Source of the DNA: a virus
Taxonomy: Duplodnaviria > Caudoviricetes
Direction: 5' to 3' (one strand)
Length of the DNA: 64,000 nucleotides
IMG/VR virus record: IMGVR_UViG_3300029305_003110
Coordinates: 1 to 64,000 of that record
Shown here: piece after piece, positions 1 through 9,105 of the stretch
Position numbering within the stretch: position 1 is the stretch's first letter
Layout of the letters: the number at the start of each line of letters is the position of its first letter
The notes under the pieces: generated by a model
What the model saw: the letters and a program-made list of their open reading frames with translations, nothing else
Told to the model about the DNA's origin: nothing
Databases searched by the model: none
Program-made: the position numbers and the translations under genes

Positions 1-10
1 AGTTTATTAT

Positions 11-463
11 TTGAGAGATATAACTAATAAAAATAAATTGCGTTATGATAAATATTCTGTATTTAAAAATATAGATAATACTAGGAAATTTTATAGTATT
101 CCTACGAGTATAGACTTAATGACTTCTGATAAGATAAATATAAATTTAGCAGAAGGTGTATATGATATATTAGGAGTATATTATCATGTAAAGAATAAGA
201 ATGAAAAAAATAACATATATGCAGCAGTTTCTGGTTCAGCATATGCTGCAGTTATAAAATATTTTATTCAATTAGGATTATTTGGAGATAACATCACTAT
301 TAATATATATTCCGATAAAGATAAAGAGCCGTGGTTTTATAAAAAAATAAAATCTGAATTAGGATTATGGTTTAAAGATATCCGGTTATTCTATAATGAA
401 TATGAAAAAGATTTTGGTGTTCCAAAAGACAGGATATCTATAATACAAAAAAAGATAAGATAA
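11..463 (+). CDS. C-terminal part of a DNA primase-like TOPRIM protein, probably truncated at the window edge
   Basis: INLAEGVYDIL resembles the TOPRIM EGxxD motif; later YSDKD acidic motif; the frame probably starts upstream of the window. Confidence 0.55.
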   Translation: MRDITNKNKLRYDKYSVFKNIDNTRKFYSIPTSIDLMTSDKININLAEGVYDILGVYYHVKNKNEKNNIYAAVSGSAYAAVIKYFIQLGLFGDNITINIYSDKDKEPWFYKKIKSELGLWFKDIRLFYNEYEKDFGVPKDRISIIQKKIR

Positions 464-481
464 TATTCTTATCTTTTTTTT
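450..481 (+). terminator. Rho-independent terminator
   Basis: AAAAGATAAGA/TCTTATCTTTT inverted repeat followed by a T-run, at the stop of 11..463. Confidence 0.65.
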
Positions 482-502
482 CGTATTAGTTTTATCATTA
501 AA

Positions 503-512
503 TATATATTAT
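503..512 (+). promoter_or_regulatory. Putative early phage promoter motif TATATATTAT
   Basis: One of ~14 intergenic copies, each oriented toward the downstream gene; upstream of the RBS of 547..723. Confidence 0.55.
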
Positions 513-546
513 AATAATATAATAAAATATGTAAGGAGGATTTAAA

Positions 547-723
547 ATGAGTAAGTATGAGGTTTTATATTCGTATAGCGGATACGAGGTCGGAAAAGAC
601 GATAGCAATAACATATTTATATCAAAAGATTTTTCGGATGATTCATATTCCACTATAGAAGTTGCATCATTTCAGGAAGCGCATGAATATATAGATACAA
701 TCACCGTTAATTCGGACGATTGA
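547..723 (+). CDS. Small hypothetical protein (58 aa), not in the ORF track
   Basis: AGGAGG RBS, ATG at 547, open to TGA at 721-723 (MSKYEVLYSYSGYEVGK...). Confidence 0.65.
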   Translation: MSKYEVLYSYSGYEVGKDDSNNIFISKDFSDDSYSTIEVASFQEAHEYIDTITVNSDD

Positions 724-798
724 CATATATATTATTAACCTGTAAGAGAACAAATTCTAATTAAGCAACTAAGAATTACGAAAAGGAGGGAAATTGTT

Positions 799-945
799 GT
801 GTATGGATTTAACATACATTCCTCTTACTTATTATTCATCCATATGCAACGCAATATTATGGATGAAGAAAACATTTTCGAAGGCGATTCTCTTGTATTG
901 GACGGCGAAACAATGGGAATCGAAAGTAATGAATACGTAATGTAA
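799..945 (+). CDS. Small hypothetical protein (48 aa)
   Basis: AGGAGG RBS, GTG start, TATATATTAT motif at 726-735. Confidence 0.4.
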   Translation: MYGFNIHSSYLLFIHMQRNIMDEENIFEGDSLVLDGETMGIESNEYVM

Positions 946-961
946 TCATTGCAAGAAAATT

Positions 962-1003
962 AAATTGAGATATATGATTTTTTATCATATATCTCAATTT
1001 TTT
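962..1003. terminator. Bidirectional terminator hairpin
   Basis: AAATTGAGATATATGAT/ATCATATATCTCAATTT between convergent genes. Confidence 0.7.
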
Positions 1004-1528
1004 TTATCTTTTATTATATTTATTGTGTTTATTGTTTTTATAGTAATTATTTTTTTCTGATTTATCTTCTGTAGCAAGTTCAGCCGTTTCTTCAGTTACA
1101 GTTTCTTCTACAGCAGGAGCTTCTTCTTTTACTTCTTCTACAGTAGGTTCAACAACAGGTTCAACTTCTTCTGTAGTAAGTTCAGCAGTTTCTTCAGTTA
1201 CAGTTTCTTCTACAGCAGGAGCTTCTTCTTTTACTTCTTCTACAGTAGGTTCAACAACAGGTTCGGATGGTTTGTTATCTTCTGCCTGATGACTACGTCT
1301 GCTTGTTGTTTTCTTTTCATCTTTAACGACATTATCAGCATTGAAGTTCATCATATCAAGTTTAACTTCAGTTCCATCATCAAGAACCTCAACAACTTCT
1401 ACTCCCGTTGATAACATTTTAAATATTGTATCAAGGTCTTCATTATACGGTGTTAATACAGGTCCATAAATGAAACCTTTTACAGTAATAATACCTTTAG
1501 TTAAAATCTTTATTCTTTTTTTGTTCAT
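1004..1528 (-). CDS. Hypothetical protein with an acidic E/V/T/P-rich repeat
   Basis: 174-aa ORF with RBS; 34-aa duplicated segment. Confidence 0.75.
   Translation of the reverse strand: MNKKRIKILTKGIITVKGFIYGPVLTPYNEDLDTIFKMLSTGVEVVEVLDDGTEVKLDMMNFNADNVVKDEKKTTSRRSHQAEDNKPSEPVVEPTVEEVKEEAPAVEETVTEETAELTTEEVEPVVEPTVEEVKEEAPAVEETVTEETAELATEDKSEKNNYYKNNKHNKYNKR
1067..1264. repeat. Two near-identical copies of a 102-bp in-frame tandem repeat
   Basis: EPVVEPTVEEVKEEAPAVEETVTEETAEL occurs twice; DNA nearly identical. Confidence 0.85.
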
Positions 1529-1570
1529 TGGTTTAAACGACCTCCAATCATTTTTTAATTTTTAAATAAA

Positions 1571-1840
1571 TTAACAGATTGATTCCGGTATAACTGATTC
1601 TGTAATTTTTTCAATATCAGAATCTGTTACTTCATCATCTTCAAATGATGTGTCAGGAATCTTATCAACCAATTTTTCGATTTCAGGATCATCTTCTGCA
1701 CCCATTACCAATGCATCAGGATCATTAAGCATGGTATCTTTGATATCTTCATCATCCTCACTCATCTGTTGCATAGCAGACTCTAATGAAGATGAATAAA
1801 ATAAATCATCAGCCATTTGTTTTTTAAGATTTTCTAACAT
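1571..1840 (-). CDS. Acidic hypothetical protein
   Basis: 89-aa ORF, AGGAGG RBS, AACA-N6-TA motif at 1869-1880. Confidence 0.75.
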   Translation of the reverse strand: MLENLKKQMADDLFYSSSLESAMQQMSEDDEDIKDTMLNDPDALVMGAEDDPEIEKLVDKIPDTSFEDDEVTDSDIEKITESVIPESIC

Positions 1841-1890
1841 AGAAGTGTCCTCCTTTTTTATTAATTATTAAGTTAATGTTTTCACATTTA

Positions 1891-3078
1891 TTAATTTATC
1901 ATGAATCTATCGAAATAAAAACGTAATATATATAATATTACTGGTATCAATATAAAATCTTCAAATGTATAATTCATTCTATAAGACATTATATCATTAA
2001 TTTTTATATTATATATAGACTCATAACTATCATTGAAATAATTCACAAGCATAGATTCTATAATTCCTGCATCTTCATTTCGTACATTGTGTTTTATTTT
2101 GTCTATAAGTTCATCATTTATGTATGTTCCTAGACCAGTATCTATAAACATTATAGACAAAACATTATCCATATTATATGCTTTGAATACTGAATCATCG
2201 TATGATATTGAATTTTTATTTATTCGAATATGTTTAAGTGCATCAATATCTCTACGTTCTACTATAGAATAGAAGCATATATCATATTCGGGTATAAATC
2301 TTATATTCCAATCTTCATTACTTAACATAAGAGTTCTATATTGTTCTTTTTCATTAAATAAGCTATTTGTACTTATAAAATTTGTTAGGTATTTATCATA
2401 AATAATATAATTACCATCGCCGAATATAAAACTATTAAATTTATTACTATAAAATAATGTATTATATTTTTCAACTAATTGTCTATATGCTTCATTCATT
2501 TTAACTAATAAAGCGTGTTCTTCTTCTTTTATAAGACACTTATCATCTGTTCCAATATTTTTAAATACACAATTATATTTTTCTAAAATTTGTTCTTGCA
2601 CCAATTCATATGTATCTTCGGAATCAGTTCTAAGATAAAAATTAATTTTATAATAATTATTACTCTTAATAGTATCATAATCTATAGCCGTTATCATAAA
2701 AATATAACTTCTATCTAAATACGATATTCTGAATAAATCATTCGGTAGAGGTTTTATTGTGTTTGGTAAAATTATCCCTTCACCCTCATAACTACCATTA
2801 AGACCTTCCTCCTCATCATTTAAATCTATTTTTATATTATCTATACCATAAATTGGAAAATCTTTTATTTGTTGATATCGTATAGGAGAATCTTTACCCA
2901 AAATCTTTTCAATATTTTGAAATCCCAAATCAGCAATGCTATTTGCATTATTAATATGATAGTATGTTACGAATGTTGGTGTTTTATCGGTAAAAATTGT
3001 ATATTGCGATTCTAATCTTTTTTCAAATTTAAAAATATTATCATTTATGAATTGCTTATCATCTATTAAATATCCCAT
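1891..3078 (-). CDS. Hypothetical protein, possibly virion structural
   Basis: 395-aa ORF preceded by AACA-N6-TA (3101-3112); function inferred from promoter class only. Confidence 0.6.
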   Translation of the reverse strand: MGYLIDDKQFINDNIFKFEKRLESQYTIFTDKTPTFVTYYHINNANSIADLGFQNIEKILGKDSPIRYQQIKDFPIYGIDNIKIDLNDEEEGLNGSYEGEGIILPNTIKPLPNDLFRISYLDRSYIFMITAIDYDTIKSNNYYKINFYLRTDSEDTYELVQEQILEKYNCVFKNIGTDDKCLIKEEEHALLVKMNEAYRQLVEKYNTLFYSNKFNSFIFGDGNYIIYDKYLTNFISTNSLFNEKEQYRTLMLSNEDWNIRFIPEYDICFYSIVERRDIDALKHIRINKNSISYDDSVFKAYNMDNVLSIMFIDTGLGTYINDELIDKIKHNVRNEDAGIIESMLVNYFNDSYESIYNIKINDIMSYRMNYTFEDFILIPVILYILRFYFDRFMIN

Positions 3079-3220
3079 ATCTAAACCACCGCCTTTCCTT
3101 TAGATAAATGTTTTTTAAGAATATGGCAAAAAAATAAACATTATAGTAAAAATCCTTTAAAAAATTTGGTTGTTTGTCTTTTGTGTAAACCTCCTCTCAT
3201 TTTTTCAACGGATAACTTTG

Positions 3221-3262
3221 TAATATCCAGTATGAGAATTTCTACTCATACTGGATATTACT
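3221..3262 (-). terminator. Terminator hairpin
   Basis: TAATATCCAGTATGAG/CTCATACTGGATATTA inverted repeat after 3278..3694. Confidence 0.6.
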
Positions 3263-3277
3263 TTCTTTTTTACTTAA

Positions 3278-3694
3278 TTAAATTATCCGATTAATTTTAA
3301 ACATCGTCTCTACATGAATGTGTATTTTTTCATAAATATCATCAAATACATTTTCATGTTGTATGAACCCATTTTTAAATTTGTCATCGATTAGTGCTTT
3401 AACCGCATCGAATGTATCTTCAAAAAACTCTTCGAAAGTCTTATCGGGAATATTTGCTTTAGTTATAGCATCATCATATGGAAGGAATGCATTTGAAATT
3501 ATTTCATTTATTCTTGTTCTGAATACATCCATAAACATATCAGCATCGCCATGAGATATTATAGTCATAATAGTTCCATGTTCAAAGCCCTTAGCCTGAT
3601 GAATCATATCATGATGATACTTTTCATAATACTTGACAACATCCATTGCAGACAATATATCATTATCGAATACAAATTTTTCATTTTTAATCAT
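3278..3694 (-). CDS. Hypothetical protein
   Basis: 138-aa ORF with AGGAG RBS. Confidence 0.7.
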   Translation of the reverse strand: MIKNEKFVFDNDILSAMDVVKYYEKYHHDMIHQAKGFEHGTIMTIISHGDADMFMDVFRTRINEIISNAFLPYDDAITKANIPDKTFEEFFEDTFDAVKALIDDKFKNGFIQHENVFDDIYEKIHIHVETMFKINRII

Positions 3695-3729
3695 TTTTTT
3701 TATTCTCCTATGTTTTTAAAATATTTTAA

Positions 3730-4023
3730 TTAGAATAAAAGAATATATCCATTATCAACTGAACCCGAGCTACCACGTTGGATAATTCCAAATAATTCTA
3801 ATTTATTTATAGATTTATCTACTTCTTTTTTTGACATTTCTAAATCGAATGCTATATTCTTTTTACTTACATCTTTATAAGTCATCGAATCGAGATGTGT
3901 CAATAAATGCATACATACACGCAAATCATTCTTTTTCAATTCACTACATTTTACAACTTTTTCTATAAAATTTTCTCTGTTAACACTTATAGTTGTTTTA
4001 TATTGAAATGTGTTTTTAGCCAT
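3730..4023 (-). CDS. Winged helix-turn-helix DNA-binding protein
   Basis: VSKKNIAFDLEMSKKEVDKSINKLELFGIIQR is a typical wHTH pattern. Confidence 0.65.
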   Translation of the reverse strand: MAKNTFQYKTTISVNRENFIEKVVKCSELKKNDLRVCMHLLTHLDSMTYKDVSKKNIAFDLEMSKKEVDKSINKLELFGIIQRGSSGSVDNGYILLF

Positions 4024-4026
4024 AAA

Positions 4027-4230
4027 TTACTCCCCTTTACAATTTTCAATGTTTGTTGTATCTGCTACGACCACTTTACTTGTGGCAGGCATCTTTATGA
4101 ACTTAGGTCTGCCTATCTTAGAAAGCGGATCTAAAGCAACGCTAATAGAAAAGCCGATTGACCATATAAGACCTATCGTTGCGAAGTAAGTTATAGCATT
4201 ACTTGTTATGAACTTTAATATACTTAACAT
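4027..4230 (-). CDS. Small membrane protein
   Basis: N-terminal hydrophobic segment; AGGAGG RBS. Confidence 0.6.
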   Translation of the reverse strand: MLSILKFITSNAITYFATIGLIWSIGFSISVALDPLSKIGRPKFIKMPATSKVVVADTTNIENCKGE

Positions 4231-4248
4231 AGTATAGTCCCCTCCTTT

Positions 4249-5685
4249 TTATAATTGAATTGATAATATTTTTGCACATTTTTTCTTAAATAGTGGTAAT
4301 CTCTTCTTATACATAGAGTATACTTTATCAAAACCAGTATCAACGAACTCTACATAAAATGTGTTATCGTGGTCAGAGTATTCTCGTAATCGACCCGATA
4401 CTTGGTCTGCTTGAACGACAGATGAATAACTTTCTGCCATTATTACTGTACGTAGACCAGGAATATCAACACCCGTACCTGCTGATTTTGGGGTTGTGCT
4501 TATTATATCAGATCCTAAAGCTTTTTGTTTATCTGCTGGAGATAATTTAGAATGATATGTTGATACTGATAGTTCCGGAAATCTATCATTTAAATAATCG
4601 CGTATAGCTTCTGTGCTATCTATTTTGGATGACAATATCATTATCTTTCCTTCTTTATCTTTAAAATATGATATTGTATAGTCTAATGCGTCATAAAATT
4701 CTTTACACTCCATCTGATATTCTGAATATCGTATTTTATTAAACCCATGATATGTGTTCATATATGCTCGTTTATCCAAACTAGGTCTGCTGTTATATAA
4801 TACTGCAAGGTATAATATGTGTCGTCGTTTTTCTTTTTGAGCTTCTTGTCCATACCTTATAACATTTCTAAAGCATATATTAAATAATTTATCTTCTTTA
4901 TAATCGCTTCTTTTAAAAGTAGCAGTAAGATAAATAGTTTTTTTAACATTTGTATTTAAATCAATCTTTATAATATTTTCAAAATTCAAATGAGCTTCAT
5001 CAAATATCTTAACTCCTATTTTTAAGTGCATAAATAATCTGTGAATACTTTCCCATCCATATGTTTTTGCATATGAACGAATAGTGTCATGATTAATTAA
5101 ATATACTTTGTATTTAAGATTATTGGAATCCATTAATTTATTAATAATTTTCGAACCGCTGATATCACAGATATATTTGTCATCTAAATCGGTCATATTT
5201 ATAAATGATTTATACCATTGCTGTTTAATTCTATCCATATGTGTTATAACTATGGTCTTCATTCCTAAAAATGTCAATGCTGCTGTCGACACATATGTTT
5301 TACCTTCTCCTGTTGGTAAATTTAAAAGCACCTGTGCATATTTTTTACTGTATGCGAAATCATTTTCACCAATTAAAAATGAAATTGATTTTTTTTGTAT
5401 ATCATCTCGTGGCATTGTGCGTAATTTTATAGATACCCTATCATAATCATCAGGAACATAGATAACTTCGGAGACACTATTCAATAGTTTCTCAATAAAA
5501 TTAATATCAACCCCTCTAGGTATCAGAAGAGTTTTTGTATCTTCATAATACATAAATCCCTTAGACTCGTATCTGAAATATGAGGGATTCCATAAAGATA
5601 AATATTTTTCTAGTTGTTCACAGTCGCCCAAGGTATAATCATGTATAACTATGGACGTATGTTTTACTTCAATTCTATATGACAT
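4249..5685 (-). CDS. Superfamily 2 DEAH helicase (UvsW-like)
   Basis: Walker A LPTGEGKT, DEAH, TAT motif III, GTGVDIP motif V, QVSGRLRE motif VI. Confidence 0.88.
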   Translation of the reverse strand: MSYRIEVKHTSIVIHDYTLGDCEQLEKYLSLWNPSYFRYESKGFMYYEDTKTLLIPRGVDINFIEKLLNSVSEVIYVPDDYDRVSIKLRTMPRDDIQKKSISFLIGENDFAYSKKYAQVLLNLPTGEGKTYVSTAALTFLGMKTIVITHMDRIKQQWYKSFINMTDLDDKYICDISGSKIINKLMDSNNLKYKVYLINHDTIRSYAKTYGWESIHRLFMHLKIGVKIFDEAHLNFENIIKIDLNTNVKKTIYLTATFKRSDYKEDKLFNICFRNVIRYGQEAQKEKRRHILYLAVLYNSRPSLDKRAYMNTYHGFNKIRYSEYQMECKEFYDALDYTISYFKDKEGKIMILSSKIDSTEAIRDYLNDRFPELSVSTYHSKLSPADKQKALGSDIISTTPKSAGTGVDIPGLRTVIMAESYSSVVQADQVSGRLREYSDHDNTFYVEFVDTGFDKVYSMYKKRLPLFKKKCAKILSIQL

Positions 5686-5746
5686 TATTTCCCTCCATAA
5701 TCAATTGAGTGTATCTTCAAATGAAGATACACTCTTGTTTTTATCA

Positions 5747-7747
5747 TTATGGTCTTTCTTTGAAGAATGGATCTATAAAAGATTTTCCCTTCTTCTTAAA
5801 TGTTAATGGATTTAATAACTGTCGACCTAAATACTGGAATGATAAACCTATCAAAACTGATGGATGTTTTTCCAATGCTGCTGATACTGTTAAGATTTGT
5901 GTATCTTCCCTAGCACCATATTGTCTAAAATCGGGTCGTTCTAAAATATCTTCAATAGAACGAACTAATGGATTTATCATAACTTCACCATGAACCGACA
6001 TTACATTGATTTTTGATTCTATTAACAAATCGAGCATCTTTTGAGCCATATCGTCAACTGTCTCAATACCCATTTCTCTACGATGTTCTTTAGTATCCAA
6101 TAATCCCATAATGCTGTATAATGGTCTTGTTAATTCGTTATTTTCAATCTCCATAAGAAATAGACGTATATCATCAGGTATATCCATAAGATTTATTTCA
6201 TATACTTTTTTGTTTTTCTTATTTATACCCATTGCAGAAATTAATTCTGGTGATAAATACATATCTTTTCTATCCTTTTCAAATATTTCAATATAATCGC
6301 CAGTCTTATTATTCTTTATATGGAATATGGTTACAAATTCATTAATTTCCCCTTCATTTAATTCGCTTATTGTTACAATATTATCGGCTATGATAACTAA
6401 TGAATAATCCGATAAGTTATCATTATCAACATTCAGCATTATTTCATTAGCAGATAATGTAAAGAAATCGTTAAATTCTTTAGGAAATTCCATTTTTTCT
6501 GATGCTGTTGTTAACAGATGTTTTGATGATAGCACTGCCTGTGATACAGGGTTAGTTATGATTGCACCAGCAAATGCACCTATGCCAACATCATTTTTAT
6601 TTGTATGGAATAATACATCACCATAACATCCACGACATATCCCATGTTTTGATGCACATGTTATTGGGGATTTTATTAATATCTTCTTCCCAATTAAATC
6701 TGTTTCATTTCCTGTCAGAATCTTGTATGTGTGTTGACCAGGAGTTCTATAATAACGACCTATTAAACGTTCCAAATGAGTTTTGGTTTTAATTTCTATT
6801 GTTATAGGATGTACCGAATTACAGATTTTGTCATCCTTACGTAAATTTATATTGGACACTAACAGCATGTTCTTTCTTGCAAAATGACCCGATTTTCCCA
6901 TGACCGACTTGTTCATAATAAGAGCCTTCCTGCCACCTATTGAGTCAATAAAATAGTTACTAACATTTCCAAGACCGCCGACAACAAGATTTGAGTTTAT
7001 TGGCTGTGGTATAGTATTTCCTGCAAGGTCTGGTTTGAGTCCACCACTAATACTAAATTCACTAAGCTGTTTAGATTTTATTCCAGTACCAGAACGTAGT
7101 ATTGGTCTAAGAACATTTTCTTCACTCATCAATATTTCAATTTCTTCATTCATCAAATCATTAAGATGACTTTCTATTTTACTCGGTTGCCATGCGGGAT
7201 CCAATTTCGTATGAATAATTTCATCGAAGCGTTCATTTTTATTTGCTACATCAATGAACGCTTCGATATTCATAGTTAATCCTAATAAAATATTAAAGTC
7301 TGTCGAAATTCTTGATAAATTGAATATAAGATCGTGTAATATTTTATTCAATCTTTTATTTGATATCTTTGAGCGGTATGGGACAACTATCATCTTATCA
7401 ATATATTTCTTTATATATCCTGATGATAGTTTTGTTGCATCTACAATGTATGCTTCGTTTATTAAATCCTGGGAGTCCAATTCTATCAATGGTTCCCAAA
7501 AGAATAAGTTTGTTAAGAAATGTCGTAATTGCAGAACCTGAATATCGCTATCATTGTGGAATTTAAAGTATACCGGACATTCACGCAATTTTTTATGTTC
7601 AAATCCGGCTTTGATACAATCATAAATTTCGTCAATAAATGCTCTGTACCCTTTTTTAGTACTCATTTTTTCTTCAATAATAAATACCGTACTTTCAAAA
7701 TACTTAATAATATCTTCGATATTTTCAAAATTATTTTGTTTTGTCAT
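5747..7747 (-). CDS. Phage multisubunit RNA polymerase beta-prime subunit, C-terminal half
   Basis: Bridge-helix-like GKSGHFARK; SPITCASKHGICRGCYG zinc site; GIGAFAGAIITNPVSQAVLSSKH matches the RpoC trigger-loop region (GxxAAQSIGEPGTQLTMRTFH). Confidence 0.88.
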   Translation of the reverse strand: MTKQNNFENIEDIIKYFESTVFIIEEKMSTKKGYRAFIDEIYDCIKAGFEHKKLRECPVYFKFHNDSDIQVLQLRHFLTNLFFWEPLIELDSQDLINEAYIVDATKLSSGYIKKYIDKMIVVPYRSKISNKRLNKILHDLIFNLSRISTDFNILLGLTMNIEAFIDVANKNERFDEIIHTKLDPAWQPSKIESHLNDLMNEEIEILMSEENVLRPILRSGTGIKSKQLSEFSISGGLKPDLAGNTIPQPINSNLVVGGLGNVSNYFIDSIGGRKALIMNKSVMGKSGHFARKNMLLVSNINLRKDDKICNSVHPITIEIKTKTHLERLIGRYYRTPGQHTYKILTGNETDLIGKKILIKSPITCASKHGICRGCYGDVLFHTNKNDVGIGAFAGAIITNPVSQAVLSSKHLLTTASEKMEFPKEFNDFFTLSANEIMLNVDNDNLSDYSLVIIADNIVTISELNEGEINEFVTIFHIKNNKTGDYIEIFEKDRKDMYLSPELISAMGINKKNKKVYEINLMDIPDDIRLFLMEIENNELTRPLYSIMGLLDTKEHRREMGIETVDDMAQKMLDLLIESKINVMSVHGEVMINPLVRSIEDILERPDFRQYGAREDTQILTVSAALEKHPSVLIGLSFQYLGRQLLNPLTFKKKGKSFIDPFFKERP

Positions 7748-7889
7748 TTTCTTATTCTCCTTTACTTAAAAATACCGCTTTATTTTTTGTTTAAGCTAAA
7801 ATAATAATATATAAATGAAAAGATGTTGTCTGGTTATAAAAGTTAACGACAGAAACACCTATTTAAAAAATAGATTGGGAGGTGCTTAT

Positions 7890-9044
7890 ATGAATAATGA
7901 AGCAAATAATTACTATATAATTGATATTAACATGGGGGATGAGCCACAATTGACATCGATGATTGACCAAATTGAATCATTACAGATTAAACCATCGAAG
8001 CCTAAATACTATGATGATGATGATAGTTTAACTGATGATTCTATCATATTCTCTAAGCCAAAAAAAGAAAAAAATAAGAAGAAAAAAGATAAGAAAAAAG
8101 GAAAGCGTTCTATTCTTGAAGAAGCATCTGAGTTTGATATTGTTGACCAGGACGATGATGGTGATGAAGAAAATGATGATGATGCATTACTCGATATCGA
8201 AGATATCATACGAGAACGTGAAGATACCGAAATCGATGATGATATTATCAATGAGCAGAAAAACGGTTATAGTAAGTTAAAAAAACAAGATAACGTATAT
8301 AAAAAAGAATTTGCTGAAGAATTAACGTTACTTTATAACCTTCTTGATGAAACTGGAAAATTCGGAAAAGATTTGGAAAAAGAATTAAAATCTTTAAAGA
8401 GCTCAAGGTCGAGGGGTGTTAGTAAATATACTAATGATTTGGCGGAATTGGTATTGAGCTCAAAACAGAATAAGCTCAATATATTAAAAGAAATAACTTC
8501 TGTTAAAAAGACTATTGCTGACCTTAAGATTAAAGCTGAAGGAAAAGAAAAAAATAAAGATGGAGATAATAGCCCAGAAAGACTTGCATCTGCATACTTT
8601 AAAAATATATTGTCGAGCGGACGTTCTAATTTTATTAATAACTATACAAATGGTGATGATGAAAATGAGTATGATGATATGATTGATAGGATTGAAAAGA
8701 TGAAAGATACTGGATCATACATAGATGATGGAGATAATACTGATATGTATGATAAACGTTTAGAAGAACGTTTAGCTGAAGGAAATCCTTTTAGAAGTGA
8801 AGCCGGGACAAAATATATAGAATATGAAAATTCCGGTGTTAAAGTAAATATCAAGAAATGTATAGATACAGGTGAATGGGAATTTGTTGCAATAGATAAA
8901 CACAACCAACAAATTAATGATTATCCGTTACCATCTAAACGTTCTGCTGGACGTATGCGTTTTAGTGAAGATGGTTCTTATGCGACTGATGAAAAAGGTA
9001 TTATGTATAGTGTTATTGAATATTATTTGCCGGATGAAGAATAA
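7890..9044 (+). CDS. Acidic/basic low-complexity coiled-coil hypothetical protein (start revised from 7815)
   Basis: GGAGGTG RBS before ATG 7890; AACA-N6-TA at 7854-7865. Confidence 0.7.
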   Translation: MNNEANNYYIIDINMGDEPQLTSMIDQIESLQIKPSKPKYYDDDDSLTDDSIIFSKPKKEKNKKKKDKKKGKRSILEEASEFDIVDQDDDGDEENDDDALLDIEDIIREREDTEIDDDIINEQKNGYSKLKKQDNVYKKEFAEELTLLYNLLDETGKFGKDLEKELKSLKSSRSRGVSKYTNDLAELVLSSKQNKLNILKEITSVKKTIADLKIKAEGKEKNKDGDNSPERLASAYFKNILSSGRSNFINNYTNGDDENEYDDMIDRIEKMKDTGSYIDDGDNTDMYDKRLEERLAEGNPFRSEAGTKYIEYENSGVKVNIKKCIDTGEWEFVAIDKHNQQINDYPLPSKRSAGRMRFSEDGSYATDEKGIMYSVIEYYLPDEE

Positions 9045-9048
9045 GAAA

Positions 9049-9091
9049 AAAATAAGAAGTACGTGATTTTATTTCACGTACTTCTTATTTT
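9049..9091. terminator. Bidirectional terminator bounding the 36-nt array
   Basis: 18-bp perfect stem AAAATAAGAAGTACGTGA/TCACGTACTTCTTATTTT with T-runs on both strands. Confidence 0.8.
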
Positions 9092-9105
9092 CATTCCCCC
9101 TTTAA

